Shown one piece after another: positions 16,695 through 25,909 of a stretch of DNA of 37,653 nucleotides. A program made the translations under genes and the position numbers. The first letter of the stretch is position 1. The number at the start of each line of letters is the position of its first letter. Under the pieces are notes generated by a model that made no database searches, was not told the DNA's origin, and was given only the letters and a program-made list of their open reading frames with translations. The DNA is from a virus (Duplodnaviria; Caudoviricetes): positions 1 through 37,653 of IMG/VR virus record IMGVR_UViG_3300045801_000024. One strand, written 5' to 3'.

Positions 16695-17375
16695 ATGGCC
16701 GGAAGAAATTTTACACCTGTTCAATTTGGATTAGAAAAAAACATTGTCAGTCTCTATTCTCGCGCACTTATTGGCGCAAACGGAGCAGTCACTCTAGACA
16801 CCAGCAACTCTAAAGGGATCTGTAATATTGCTGTTAGCACTCCAATCTTCACTGGGACCACGTCTAGTGGAAGTGCTACGATCAACAGCGTATCTAGTTT
16901 TAATAATTTGTTTACTGGAATGACTTTAAGCGGTGGCGGAGCAAACGGAGTTATCGGCACCATGACTGCGGCAACGGCTTCTATCGTAATGAGTGCTCCT
17001 GCGACTGCTGCAGGAAGTGCAACAATTACGGCAACTGGTGGCCAATACATTGTCCAGTTTGGAACTCAAGCCGGAGTTCGCCTTGATTCCTACGCAAAGC
17101 TTCTTGATTGGAACTATACCTTTGATGAATCTAACGGAAGTGCAAACGGTTCTTATCAAGTTCTGCAGGTGGCACCGGCTGCAACTCAAGGATTTATTGT
17201 TGAGAACCTCATCAAAACACGCACTATCCCGGCGGTTGGAACTAGCAACAGCACCGATTGCACTGTGATTGTTCAATTCGGTAACGGAGCTGGGTCTGGC
17301 TTTGTCGCTGCAACTCCTGCAAGCGGAGAAGTATTGCGTATGTCTTACACCATGGGCAACTCAACCGCACCTTAA
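16695..17375 (+). CDS. Virion structural protein (possible capsid decoration)
   Basis: Ser/Thr/Gly-rich beta protein right after MCP. Confidence 0.6.
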   Translation: MAGRNFTPVQFGLEKNIVSLYSRALIGANGAVTLDTSNSKGICNIAVSTPIFTGTTSSGSATINSVSSFNNLFTGMTLSGGGANGVIGTMTAATASIVMSAPATAAGSATITATGGQYIVQFGTQAGVRLDSYAKLLDWNYTFDESNGSANGSYQVLQVAPAATQGFIVENLIKTRTIPAVGTSNSTDCTVIVQFGNGAGSGFVAATPASGEVLRMSYTMGNSTAP

Positions 17376-17385
17376 GGGGGATACA

Positions 17386-17628
17386 GTGATTATGATGGGT
17401 GGTCAGAAGCGTGGAGCAATCGACGCTATCTTAGGTCCAGATCCTCGCGAAGCTAAGGGCAGCGAAGAAGAAGGTGGAGAAGACAAAGAACTTCACACCA
17501 TCTTCTCGGAGCTCTTAGATGCGGTTCATTCTAAAGATGTAGCGGCCGGTGTTGATGCTCTAAAGGCATTCTTCACTAGCTGCGATGCAGAGCCACATGA
17601 AGAAGGACCGCACACCGAGGAGGGTTAG
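17386..17628 (+). CDS. Small acidic hypothetical protein
   Basis: GTG17386 after AAGGGGGA RBS (C-terminal part of track ORF 17269-17628). Confidence 0.65.
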   Translation: MIMMGGQKRGAIDAILGPDPREAKGSEEEGGEDKELHTIFSELLDAVHSKDVAAGVDALKAFFTSCDAEPHEEGPHTEEG

Positions 17629-18603
17629 GTGAGCATTGCAAACAATGTTACTTTGGGTGCGCTTAGAATACAGGCGCGCCAGAGAAGTGACATGGAGAAT
17701 AACAATGCTGTGACTGATTCAGAGGTTAACCAATATATATCTCAGAGCTGGAAACGGCTCTTTGATATGTTGGTTGCGGCCTATGGGAACGACTATTACG
17801 TCGCTCCTTTGTTTCAGTTCTACCTAACGTCTTCTCAGTACTATCCTTTGCCAGATGGAACTTTCCCAACAGTCGGCGGAACGACCAATGCGCCGGCTTG
17901 TTATAAGCTTCTCGATGTAGACTTACAGTATTCTGGAAGTCCAAGCGGATGGATCACGCTTAAGCGTTTTGAGGATATCGAGCGCAATAAGTACGCCATC
18001 CAAAATGTTGCAATCAACATGCTTGGGAGAACCAATTTAAAATACCGTCTCTCTGGGACAAACATTAAGTTTAATGTCATCCCAATGGGTGGGCAGCTTT
18101 GCCAATTGACCTATGTTCCAAAGCCCACTCCCCTTCAGTTCATGATTGTTTGTGCTACCACCGCAGGCAGCAATACAGTGTCGATGTCTGATGTGACTGA
18201 TCTTAGTGTGGGAATGTCTGTTTATAACCCTCAAAACTCAGTCGTGCAGCCAAACACGACAATTACTGCGATCAACACGACTCTTAATCAGGTCACTCTC
18301 TCGCTCCCTACCCTTCAGACTGCTCCAATAACAGTTCTTTCCTTTTGGACCGACGCCGCGACGATTGATGGTGTGTCGGGGTGGGAAGAATACATTGTCA
18401 TCGATACCGCGATTAAGATTGGCGTAAAGCAGGAGAACGACTTAAATGATTTAAGAATTGCAAAACAAGAGATGAAAGAAGCAATTGAGGGGATGGCAGA
18501 AGGCCGAGATGCTGGCCAGCCTCACCATGTTTCTGATTCTGTTGGAGCCAATGGATATGGCGGAGATGACCAAGATGGTCTAGGTGGCGGGGGATATTTC
18601 TAA
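17629..18603 (+). CDS. Head-tail adaptor (tail tubular A-like) with inserted beta domain
   Basis: TL..LR..ARQRSDM....V.D.E.N.YI N-terminal helices; YVPKP...GWEEYIV...AIK C-terminus. Confidence 0.7.
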   Translation: MSIANNVTLGALRIQARQRSDMENNNAVTDSEVNQYISQSWKRLFDMLVAAYGNDYYVAPLFQFYLTSSQYYPLPDGTFPTVGGTTNAPACYKLLDVDLQYSGSPSGWITLKRFEDIERNKYAIQNVAINMLGRTNLKYRLSGTNIKFNVIPMGGQLCQLTYVPKPTPLQFMIVCATTAGSNTVSMSDVTDLSVGMSVYNPQNSVVQPNTTITAINTTLNQVTLSLPTLQTAPITVLSFWTDAATIDGVSGWEEYIVIDTAIKIGVKQENDLNDLRIAKQEMKEAIEGMAEGRDAGQPHHVSDSVGANGYGGDDQDGLGGGGYF

Positions 18604-18899
18604 TGGCTCTGCCTATCTTTCAAGATCCAAATAAGAACCTGATGCTCATGCAGACCAAATGGAAGTCTGAGATTGATCCAACTCTTGCGATTCCTTTGCT
18701 TGGTGGACTTCAATTAAAGAGTCAGGTTCTTGCGGCTGGCGTGAATGTCATCACTCATAAGCTTGGTCGAATGATGCAAGGCTGGATCGTGACTGACCAA
18801 AATGCAGCCGTAGTTCCTTATCGAAGTGCTCCGCTCTCTGCGACCACTCTTACCTTAACTGCTAGTGGTCCTGTAACTATAAACCTGTGGGTGTACTAA
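18603..18899 (+). CDS. Small tail-associated protein
   Basis: N.I.HKLGR...GWIV motif; C-terminal LWVY; located in the tail module. Confidence 0.6.
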   Translation: MALPIFQDPNKNLMLMQTKWKSEIDPTLAIPLLGGLQLKSQVLAAGVNVITHKLGRMMQGWIVTDQNAAVVPYRSAPLSATTLTLTASGPVTINLWVY

Positions 18900-19991
18900 A
18901 TGCCAATCAACAGCCCCAACATGAACATGCCTCTTCCGATCCCTGGTGTTGAGACTGGTCCAACTTATGCTTCTCAAATCAGCGGTTACAACAACACCAG
19001 CACGACAAGCTGTCTTCAGATCTTAGATGGTCATGACCACTCATTTGGAAAGGGTGTCCAGATCACTCCAGCTGGACTTAACATCTCCTCTGATTTATCT
19101 GTAAAAGGTAACAACCTGACAACGGCAAGGTCTGTAAGATTTAGTGCCCAGGGCTCGCTTATCCCGGCCGTCTCCCCTGACATTGGTTGCGTCTACTTCT
19201 CTGGCGTTGATGCTTACATCAATGATTTAAGCGGGAACCAGATCCGCCTAACTCAGAGCGGTGGAGTTGCTGGATCTCCTGGTGCAATTGGTGGGTTGTC
19301 TTCTCCTGCTAGTGTGAACTATTCGGGCGGGACCTTTGTCTTTCAAAGTGCTGCAAACACATCGGCTAATCTTGATTGTGAATCGGTTGTACTTAGGAAC
19401 TCGACCACAAACTCTAAGGGTTTGACTTTAAATCCTCCAAGCTCCATGTCTTCGAATTATGCAATCCAGCTTCCCGCCATAACTAGTTCTGCAACAAGCT
19501 TCTTGGCGATGGATTCAAGCGGGAACATCACCGAGCCTTATCCCATTTCTAATGGTCTCACCAGGTCCACTTTTGCGGCTGTTGGGCAGTCTGTTAGCTC
19601 TACTTCTGGCGTCTTCTCGACAAATTCAAACTCTTATGTGACTGCGCTCTCTTGCTCGCTAACGACGACGGGTAGGCCAGTTATGTTGGTTGTGCAAAGC
19701 GATGGGAATATTGCACATACCGCTAACATTGGTGTTTCTGAGCTTTCTGGGAACACAGCAAGCGGATATTTCAGTTTTTTTAGAAACGGAACTCAGATTT
19801 CTACAAATATTTTGAATAACACAGTCATTGGAGCAACCCAAGTATACTTAGACATCGGGCCTGGCTCTTTGAACTTTCTAGATACACCATCGGCGGGGAC
19901 TTATAATTATACGCTTCAGGTGTTTGGTGGTAACGGAACAAATGGGTATGCGTTTGTAACCTTCTGCCAATTGATTGCGTACGAGCTATAA
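18900..19991 (+). CDS. Tail fibre/spike-like protein
   Basis: SPNMN.P.P, DGHDHS.GKG; Ser/Thr-rich; C-terminal D.PSAGTYNYTLQ beta-sandwich. Confidence 0.65.
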   Translation: MPINSPNMNMPLPIPGVETGPTYASQISGYNNTSTTSCLQILDGHDHSFGKGVQITPAGLNISSDLSVKGNNLTTARSVRFSAQGSLIPAVSPDIGCVYFSGVDAYINDLSGNQIRLTQSGGVAGSPGAIGGLSSPASVNYSGGTFVFQSAANTSANLDCESVVLRNSTTNSKGLTLNPPSSMSSNYAIQLPAITSSATSFLAMDSSGNITEPYPISNGLTRSTFAAVGQSVSSTSGVFSTNSNSYVTALSCSLTTTGRPVMLVVQSDGNIAHTANIGVSELSGNTASGYFSFFRNGTQISTNILNNTVIGATQVYLDIGPGSLNFLDTPSAGTYNYTLQVFGGNGTNGYAFVTFCQLIAYEL

Positions 19992-22900
19992 ATGGCATTA
20001 CAGAAACAGACAATTAACATTGATTTTTCAAGCGGCGTTGACACTAAAACAGATGTCAACCAGCTAGAGGTTGGAAAGTTCCAATCCCTTGTTAACTCTG
20101 TTTTTGACACTCTAAAAAGGCTTACAAAGAGAAATGGCTTTGGTCCAATTGCATCTTTGCCCGATAGCACATCTACTTTTTTAACTACATTTAACGGAAA
20201 CCTAACGGCGATTGGGACTAGTCTTCAGGCTTATTCTCAAGGGACTGCAACTTGGATCAACAAAGGTGGCATTCAGCCGCTCCAGCTATCTACGCTCCCT
20301 TTGATTAGAAGCAGTTCGAATCAATCTCAGGCAGATGTTGCGATAGCGTCGAATGGTCTGATCTGTACAGTCTACACAGACAACGTGACCAATGGCTCCT
20401 CGACAATCGCAATTGCAAAATACGCAGTTGCTGATTCGATCACTGGACAAAATATTATATCGCCGACCATAATTCCTTCTTCTATTGGCTCGGTAAGCTT
20501 CTCGCCTAGGGTTTTTTCCCTCTATAACAACTTTGTCTTGGTTTTTTCGGCATTTAATGGAGCGACCTACCATCTTCAATACCTTGCGATCAACCAAACG
20601 CTTCCTACATCGATTGGATCTGCAACTGATGTGACGACTAACTATCAACCGACAACGGGCGGTGGTTTTGATGGGGTCGTGGCCAATAATACACTCTTCT
20701 TGTCATGGAACGGTGGAGCGGGCTCTGGAGTTAGAACAACTTCTTTTAACCAGCAGCTTGCAAAAAATGGCGAGTTTATTATTGGATCTGTTTCAGCTCT
20801 TACGGTAAGCGTTACGGCTGATAACACGACCAGCACACCCACCATTTGGACTTCTTGGTATGGCATTGGTTCAACCGGCTATGCAGTTGCCACAAACTCC
20901 AACCTCAGCACGTTATTTAGTGCTAGGACAGTCATCTCCTCAGCCTCTGCATTGGTCTCAAACATCACTGCTGCCGCAACCAATGGCGTGGCTAATATTT
21001 ATTATGAGACTGTTAACGCTTATCCTTATGATTCAAGCATTCAAAGCAATTATATAAACTCTCTCGCAGTCAATACTTCTGGCTCTGTGAGCTCCGCAAA
21101 GACATTGGTCAGGTCTGTTGGCCTTGCGAGCAAAGCGTTCTTCATAAACAGCACCAGTTATTTTTTATCTTCCTATAGTTCTCCTTATCAGCCTTCCTAT
21201 TTTTTGATTAATGGTTCTTCTGGGGCAGTGGTAGCAAAGCTTGCCTATTCAAACGGTGGCGGATATGTAACCACGGGCCTTGGCTCGGTTGTCACATCTG
21301 GCTCTTCGACTGCTCAATTTAGTTATTTGATCAAAGATGTGATCCAAGCTGTCAACAAAGGGACAAGCCTACCAACTGGGACGCAGGTTAACGGGATTTA
21401 TTCGCAAACAGGTATCAACCTTGCGAGCGTGACCTTTGGAACGGGCGGGATTGTAACTTCAGAGATCGCCAATAACCTGCATTTAAATGGCGGTTTCTTG
21501 TCAATGTACGATGGTTATTCTCCTGTTGAGCATAACTTTCATGTTTGGCCTGACTCGATTGAGGCAACTGCTGGTTCTTCTAGCGGGAACATGACTAATC
21601 AGACCTATTACTACCAAGCAACATATGAATGGGCGGACAACCAGGGGAATGTCTTTAGGTCTGCTCCCTCTATTCCTGTTGTGGTTGGGACTGTAAGCCC
21701 ACAAGGGACTGTTACGGTTACTGGACCAATGTTGAGGCTTACGGCAAAGACTGCAAACCCTCCTAAAGTTGTCTTGTACAGGTGGTCAACAAATCAGCCG
21801 ATTTATTACCAAACAACGTCAATTTCTCAACCGATTGTGAACAATCCTTTGGTTGATTCTTGGTCCTACAAAGATTCAAATTCAGATGCATCTATCTTAG
21901 GAAACAACATCATTTATACCAATGGTGGCGTTGTCGAGGATATCGCAGGTCCTGCTTGCACCGGGATGACCATTTTTGATAGCAGGCTTAACCTGATCGA
22001 TGCTGAAGATCAGAATCTTCTTTGGTATGGCAAACAAGTAATCGAAGCGACTCCTGTTGAGATGTCTGATCTATTCACAAACTACATCGCTCCGACTCAA
22101 TCAGCGCAGGGGTCAACTGGTCCGATGCAGACTCTTTATCCGATGGATGACAAGCAGATCATTTTTAAAAAGAACGCCATTTACTACATAAATGGGACTG
22201 GCCCGGACAACACTGGCGCAAACTCTCAATATAGCCAGCCTATCTTTGTCACCGCCACAGTTGGATGTTCCAACTTAAACAGCATCGTTTTAATCCCGCA
22301 GGGGATCATGTTCCAATCTGATGACAAGGGAATTTGGCTCTTAGGCCGAGATCTGAGCACCACCTATGTAGGACACCCTATTGAAACATTTAACAGAACC
22401 TCTGTTGTGTCGGCGAATATAGTCCCTAGCACGAACCAAGTTAGATTCATGCTTAGCAATGGTACAACGCTGCTTTATGACTATCTTGTCCAGGAATGGG
22501 GAGAGTTTGATGGGATTCCAGGAATCTCAGCAACCATTTACAACAATCTTTACACTTTCATTAATGCTCAAGGGAATGCCTTTCAAGAAACTCCAGGTCA
22601 ATACCTTGATGGTTCGAGCCCGACTCTTATGTCATTTAAGACAGGTTGGATTAGCCCAGGCGGGATTCAAGGTTACGTAAGAGCTTATAGCATGACTCTT
22701 CTTGGAAGCTTCATCTCTCCGCACCGGCTTACGATTGGGATTGCTTACGACTATGATCCTGCGATTGTCCAACTAGCCTCTATAGTTCCAGACAATTACA
22801 CGGGGACATGGGGTTCTGGATCTAGTTGGGGATCTATCTCGACATGGGGTGGGAGCACTAAGAGAGAGCAATGGAAGATCAACTTTGACCGACAACAATG

Positions 22901-23051
22901 TCAGAGCTTCCAGCTTACTTTTAATGAGTATTATGATTCTTCTGTAGGTCCATCAGCTGGTGGCGGCCTCACTGTTTCAGGGATTAAGCTGGCGATCGGT
23001 GTTAAAAAAGCCTACGCGAAAAACATCCCATCCACGCACAAAACGAGTTAG
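19992..23051 (+). CDS. Tail nozzle / stabilization protein (tail tubular B / P22 gp10-like)
   Basis: 1019 aa; F..GVDTKTD...N..F....L.KRNGF N-terminus; beta-propeller-like C-half (VGC...SIV...GIMFQS.KGIWLL). Confidence 0.75.
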   Translation: MALQKQTINIDFSSGVDTKTDVNQLEVGKFQSLVNSVFDTLKRLTKRNGFGPIASLPDSTSTFLTTFNGNLTAIGTSLQAYSQGTATWINKGGIQPLQLSTLPLIRSSSNQSQADVAIASNGLICTVYTDNVTNGSSTIAIAKYAVADSITGQNIISPTIIPSSIGSVSFSPRVFSLYNNFVLVFSAFNGATYHLQYLAINQTLPTSIGSATDVTTNYQPTTGGGFDGVVANNTLFLSWNGGAGSGVRTTSFNQQLAKNGEFIIGSVSALTVSVTADNTTSTPTIWTSWYGIGSTGYAVATNSNLSTLFSARTVISSASALVSNITAAATNGVANIYYETVNAYPYDSSIQSNYINSLAVNTSGSVSSAKTLVRSVGLASKAFFINSTSYFLSSYSSPYQPSYFLINGSSGAVVAKLAYSNGGGYVTTGLGSVVTSGSSTAQFSYLIKDVIQAVNKGTSLPTGTQVNGIYSQTGINLASVTFGTGGIVTSEIANNLHLNGGFLSMYDGYSPVEHNFHVWPDSIEATAGSSSGNMTNQTYYYQATYEWADNQGNVFRSAPSIPVVVGTVSPQGTVTVTGPMLRLTAKTANPPKVVLYRWSTNQPIYYQTTSISQPIVNNPLVDSWSYKDSNSDASILGNNIIYTNGGVVEDIAGPACTGMTIFDSRLNLIDAEDQNLLWYGKQVIEATPVEMSDLFTNYIAPTQSAQGSTGPMQTLYPMDDKQIIFKKNAIYYINGTGPDNTGANSQYSQPIFVTATVGCSNLNSIVLIPQGIMFQSDDKGIWLLGRDLSTTYVGHPIETFNRTSVVSANIVPSTNQVRFMLSNGTTLLYDYLVQEWGEFDGIPGISATIYNNLYTFINAQGNAFQETPGQYLDGSSPTLMSFKTGWISPGGIQGYVRAYSMTLLGSFISPHRLTIGIAYDYDPAIVQLASIVPDNYTGTWGSGSSWGSISTWGGSTKREQWKINFDRQQCQSFQLTFNEYYDSSVGPSAGGGLTVSGIKLAIGVKKAYAKNIPSTHKTS

Positions 23052-23060
23052 GGGAGAGAT

Positions 23061-24419
23061 ATGTCTGATATGCATACGGTTATGCCTAAGAGATTGGCAC
23101 AGGCTTTGGTTGAGGCTGGGATGAAGCACTTCGCTTCTGGTGGACAGATTGCTCCAGGCAGCATGACTGTGGCTGGAGGAACAAGCGGTGGTGGTGGGGG
23201 TGTGACAGCACTTCCAAATCAATCGACGACTAGTGATTTCTCCGGGATCACAAACAATCAGATCACTAATCCGGGCGGGATTCTTGGTGGCAACAACAGT
23301 GTTGCCAATCAGATCTTAAATCCAATCGGCGCTTTTGGTGGAAGTCTTCTGGGCATGACTCAAGATCAATATCAAGCCGGTGTTCCGAACATCACAAAAC
23401 AAAACTTTCAGCCTCAGATCAGCAATCTGCAAAACCAGCAGCAGAGTGTTTATGGTCAACAGCAGACTTTAGCCAATCAGCTCTTAGCGCAAAGCCAAGG
23501 CCAAGGTCCCAATGTGGCTCAAGACCAATTGAACCAAAGCACGGCCGCTAACGTGGCGAACCAAGGTGCTTTAATGGCTGGGCAGCGTGGTGGAAGTGCT
23601 AACGTCGGCCTTCTCGCAAGACAAGCCGCTCAGCAAGGTGCAAACACTCAGCAGCAGGCCGCAGGACAAGCGGCAACTCTTGGCTCTCAGCAACAGCTTG
23701 CGGCTGAGGGTGCTCTTCAGACTGGTCAGAGCAATATGGCAAACGAGAATCTCCAAGGTCAAAGCATTGAGCAAGGAGCTCAGGCTTCTCAAAACACTGC
23801 GATTAATACAGGAGAACTTGGCGCTCAAGGAATCAATGCCAACACTGCGGCTGCCAACGCTCAAGCTACCAATGGTCTTCTCGGTGGTCTTATGGGCGGA
23901 GCCGGTTCTGCAATCTCTAGCATCTTTTATAAAGGTGGAGAGGTTCAAAAGTTGGCAGATGGGGGAGACGTTAACGACAATATTGGAATTGCTCAATATT
24001 CAAACTCCACTCTCCCTCCTGCTTACTCAAGTCCTCCCGCACCAACCTCTAGCAGCAAAAGCGGTGGCGGTGGCGGTGGTGCCGGGATCGCAAGCCTTGC
24101 AGCATTATTGTCCAAGGGTGGTCAGATTCCGTTCTCAAATAAGCTTTTAAAAGGTGGAACGGTTCCCGGAAAGGCTGAAGTTCAAGGCAATAGTCCTAAG
24201 AACGACACTCAGCCTACGCTTCTCTCCCCTGGTGAGGAGGTTCTTCCCAGGTCGGTGACCATGGCAAAGGATGCTCCTGAGCGGGCGGCTGAGTTTGTTA
24301 GACATCTACAAAAGAACAAAGAGAAGAAGGGTGGCTATGAGAAGGTCACATCCTCTCGCAAAAGCCTCGAAGAGCGAGTCAAGCACCTAGAGAAGCTCTG
24401 TGGAGGAGGTTACGCATGA
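23061..24419 (+). CDS. Putative DNA ejection/pilot protein
   Basis: Gln/Ala/Gly-rich; GG.VPG....NSPKNDT.P.LLSPGE.V.PRS motif; follows the nozzle gene. Confidence 0.6.
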   Translation: MSDMHTVMPKRLAQALVEAGMKHFASGGQIAPGSMTVAGGTSGGGGGVTALPNQSTTSDFSGITNNQITNPGGILGGNNSVANQILNPIGAFGGSLLGMTQDQYQAGVPNITKQNFQPQISNLQNQQQSVYGQQQTLANQLLAQSQGQGPNVAQDQLNQSTAANVANQGALMAGQRGGSANVGLLARQAAQQGANTQQQAAGQAATLGSQQQLAAEGALQTGQSNMANENLQGQSIEQGAQASQNTAINTGELGAQGINANTAAANAQATNGLLGGLMGGAGSAISSIFYKGGEVQKLADGGDVNDNIGIAQYSNSTLPPAYSSPPAPTSSSKSGGGGGGAGIASLAALLSKGGQIPFSNKLLKGGTVPGKAEVQGNSPKNDTQPTLLSPGEEVLPRSVTMAKDAPERAAEFVRHLQKNKEKKGGYEKVTSSRKSLEERVKHLEKLCGGGYA

Positions 24420-25909
24420 ACATCCCCAAGCATTGGTCTTTAGCAGAAGACAATAAAGATCACTTTGTGATTCATGATCACCGCGACGATAAGAGATTTA
24501 AGGTCTCAAAGGCCGGCCTTCATCCAGCGACTCAGATCAAAGTCATGAAGATGCAAAAATTTGATGACGGTGGCGATGTTCAAGACCTTGGCGGGGTGGG
24601 CTCCATTGTAAATGGGCAGCCTCCTCAATCTCCTTCTGCTCCACCTCAACCCTCTGGCGCCTCTGGTGATTGGGAACAACCTACCCCACAAGCCGCTCCT
24701 CAGCCCGTTCCAGATGCGGCTCCTCCTCAGGGAGATGTTCTTAGCCAGTACAATGCCAATAGTGCTCAAGAACTAAAAGGGCTGGAAGACAAGGGAAAGG
24801 CTGAGGCCGCTTCGAGTGCGGAGAACGCCAAAACCCTTAAAACATCAAACGACCAGTTAAAGGATATCTTTGCTCAAAGCCAGCAAGATCTTTGGAATCA
24901 AAATGTTGAGAACCAGAATCTCTCTCAGCAGATCGCTAGCACAAAGATTGATCCAAACCACTACTACAACAGCAAGTCTGTTGGAGGAAAGATTGGGACA
25001 GCCATTTCTTTAATTGTCGGTGGGATCGGCGCAGGGTTAACTCATGGTCCGAACATGGCTTATGAGACCATTCAAAAAGCGATTGCCAATGACATTGAGG
25101 CTCAGCGGGCTAATTTGGCTAACAAGCAATCCCTACTTTCAGACAATCTTAAAAAATACGGAGATATGAAGGCCGCAACTCAAGCCACGATGCTTCAAAT
25201 GAACGCCATCGTTCAAGGCCAGCTCGCAGCCACCGCTGCTAAGTATGGCTCCCAAGCAGATCTCGGCGGCTCTCAAGCCTTGTTGGGACAAATGAAGAAC
25301 CAGCAGCTTGCGGCTTCAACAGCATTACAGCAGCAGCTTATGGAGCAAAAGATAAAACAGCACTTAGCTGGTGGGGATGTCTCTGGCCAAAACCCGTTAG
25401 ACTATGTGAAGCACGTTGTCCCGGCAGCGGAGCAAGGCAAAGTCGCTGATGAGCTCGGCAAAGCTCAGTTTGTTGCTGAGAACCATGACAAAATGATGCA
25501 TCTCTGGGACCAGGCTCAAAAAGAGCAGACAATGGCTAGGACTGGATTTGGTCTAGTTGACGCTCCCGCCACAAGAGAGCTTAGGGCTTTGGGAGATCCC
25601 TTGATTCATGACCAAGAAGGCCGCGTGAATGAGTTTGAGAAGAAAGACTTTGAAGGTCTTCTCCCTTCTAGTGGTCAAACTGATGGTCGCCAAAGAGAGC
25701 TTCGGGATGGATTTGAAACATTCATCAATAACAAAAAGAGTGCTCCGATTGCAAAGACCTATGGGATTGACATCAATCGTTTTAATTCTACGGGGGATAA
25801 CTCTGCGGCTCGACTCACTGGTAAAGATCAACAGGCTTATCAATGGGCCAAGCAGAATCCTAATAACAAGATGTCTGCAATGATCTTAGAAAAATTGGGA
25901 CAAAAATAA
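24416..25909 (+). CDS. Putative internal virion/ejection protein
   Basis: Helical Gln-rich protein with central hydrophobic GTAISLIVGGIGAGL segment. Confidence 0.6.
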   Translation: MNIPKHWSLAEDNKDHFVIHDHRDDKRFKVSKAGLHPATQIKVMKMQKFDDGGDVQDLGGVGSIVNGQPPQSPSAPPQPSGASGDWEQPTPQAAPQPVPDAAPPQGDVLSQYNANSAQELKGLEDKGKAEAASSAENAKTLKTSNDQLKDIFAQSQQDLWNQNVENQNLSQQIASTKIDPNHYYNSKSVGGKIGTAISLIVGGIGAGLTHGPNMAYETIQKAIANDIEAQRANLANKQSLLSDNLKKYGDMKAATQATMLQMNAIVQGQLAATAAKYGSQADLGGSQALLGQMKNQQLAASTALQQQLMEQKIKQHLAGGDVSGQNPLDYVKHVVPAAEQGKVADELGKAQFVAENHDKMMHLWDQAQKEQTMARTGFGLVDAPATRELRALGDPLIHDQEGRVNEFEKKDFEGLLPSSGQTDGRQRELRDGFETFINNKKSAPIAKTYGIDINRFNSTGDNSAARLTGKDQQAYQWAKQNPNNKMSAMILEKLGQK

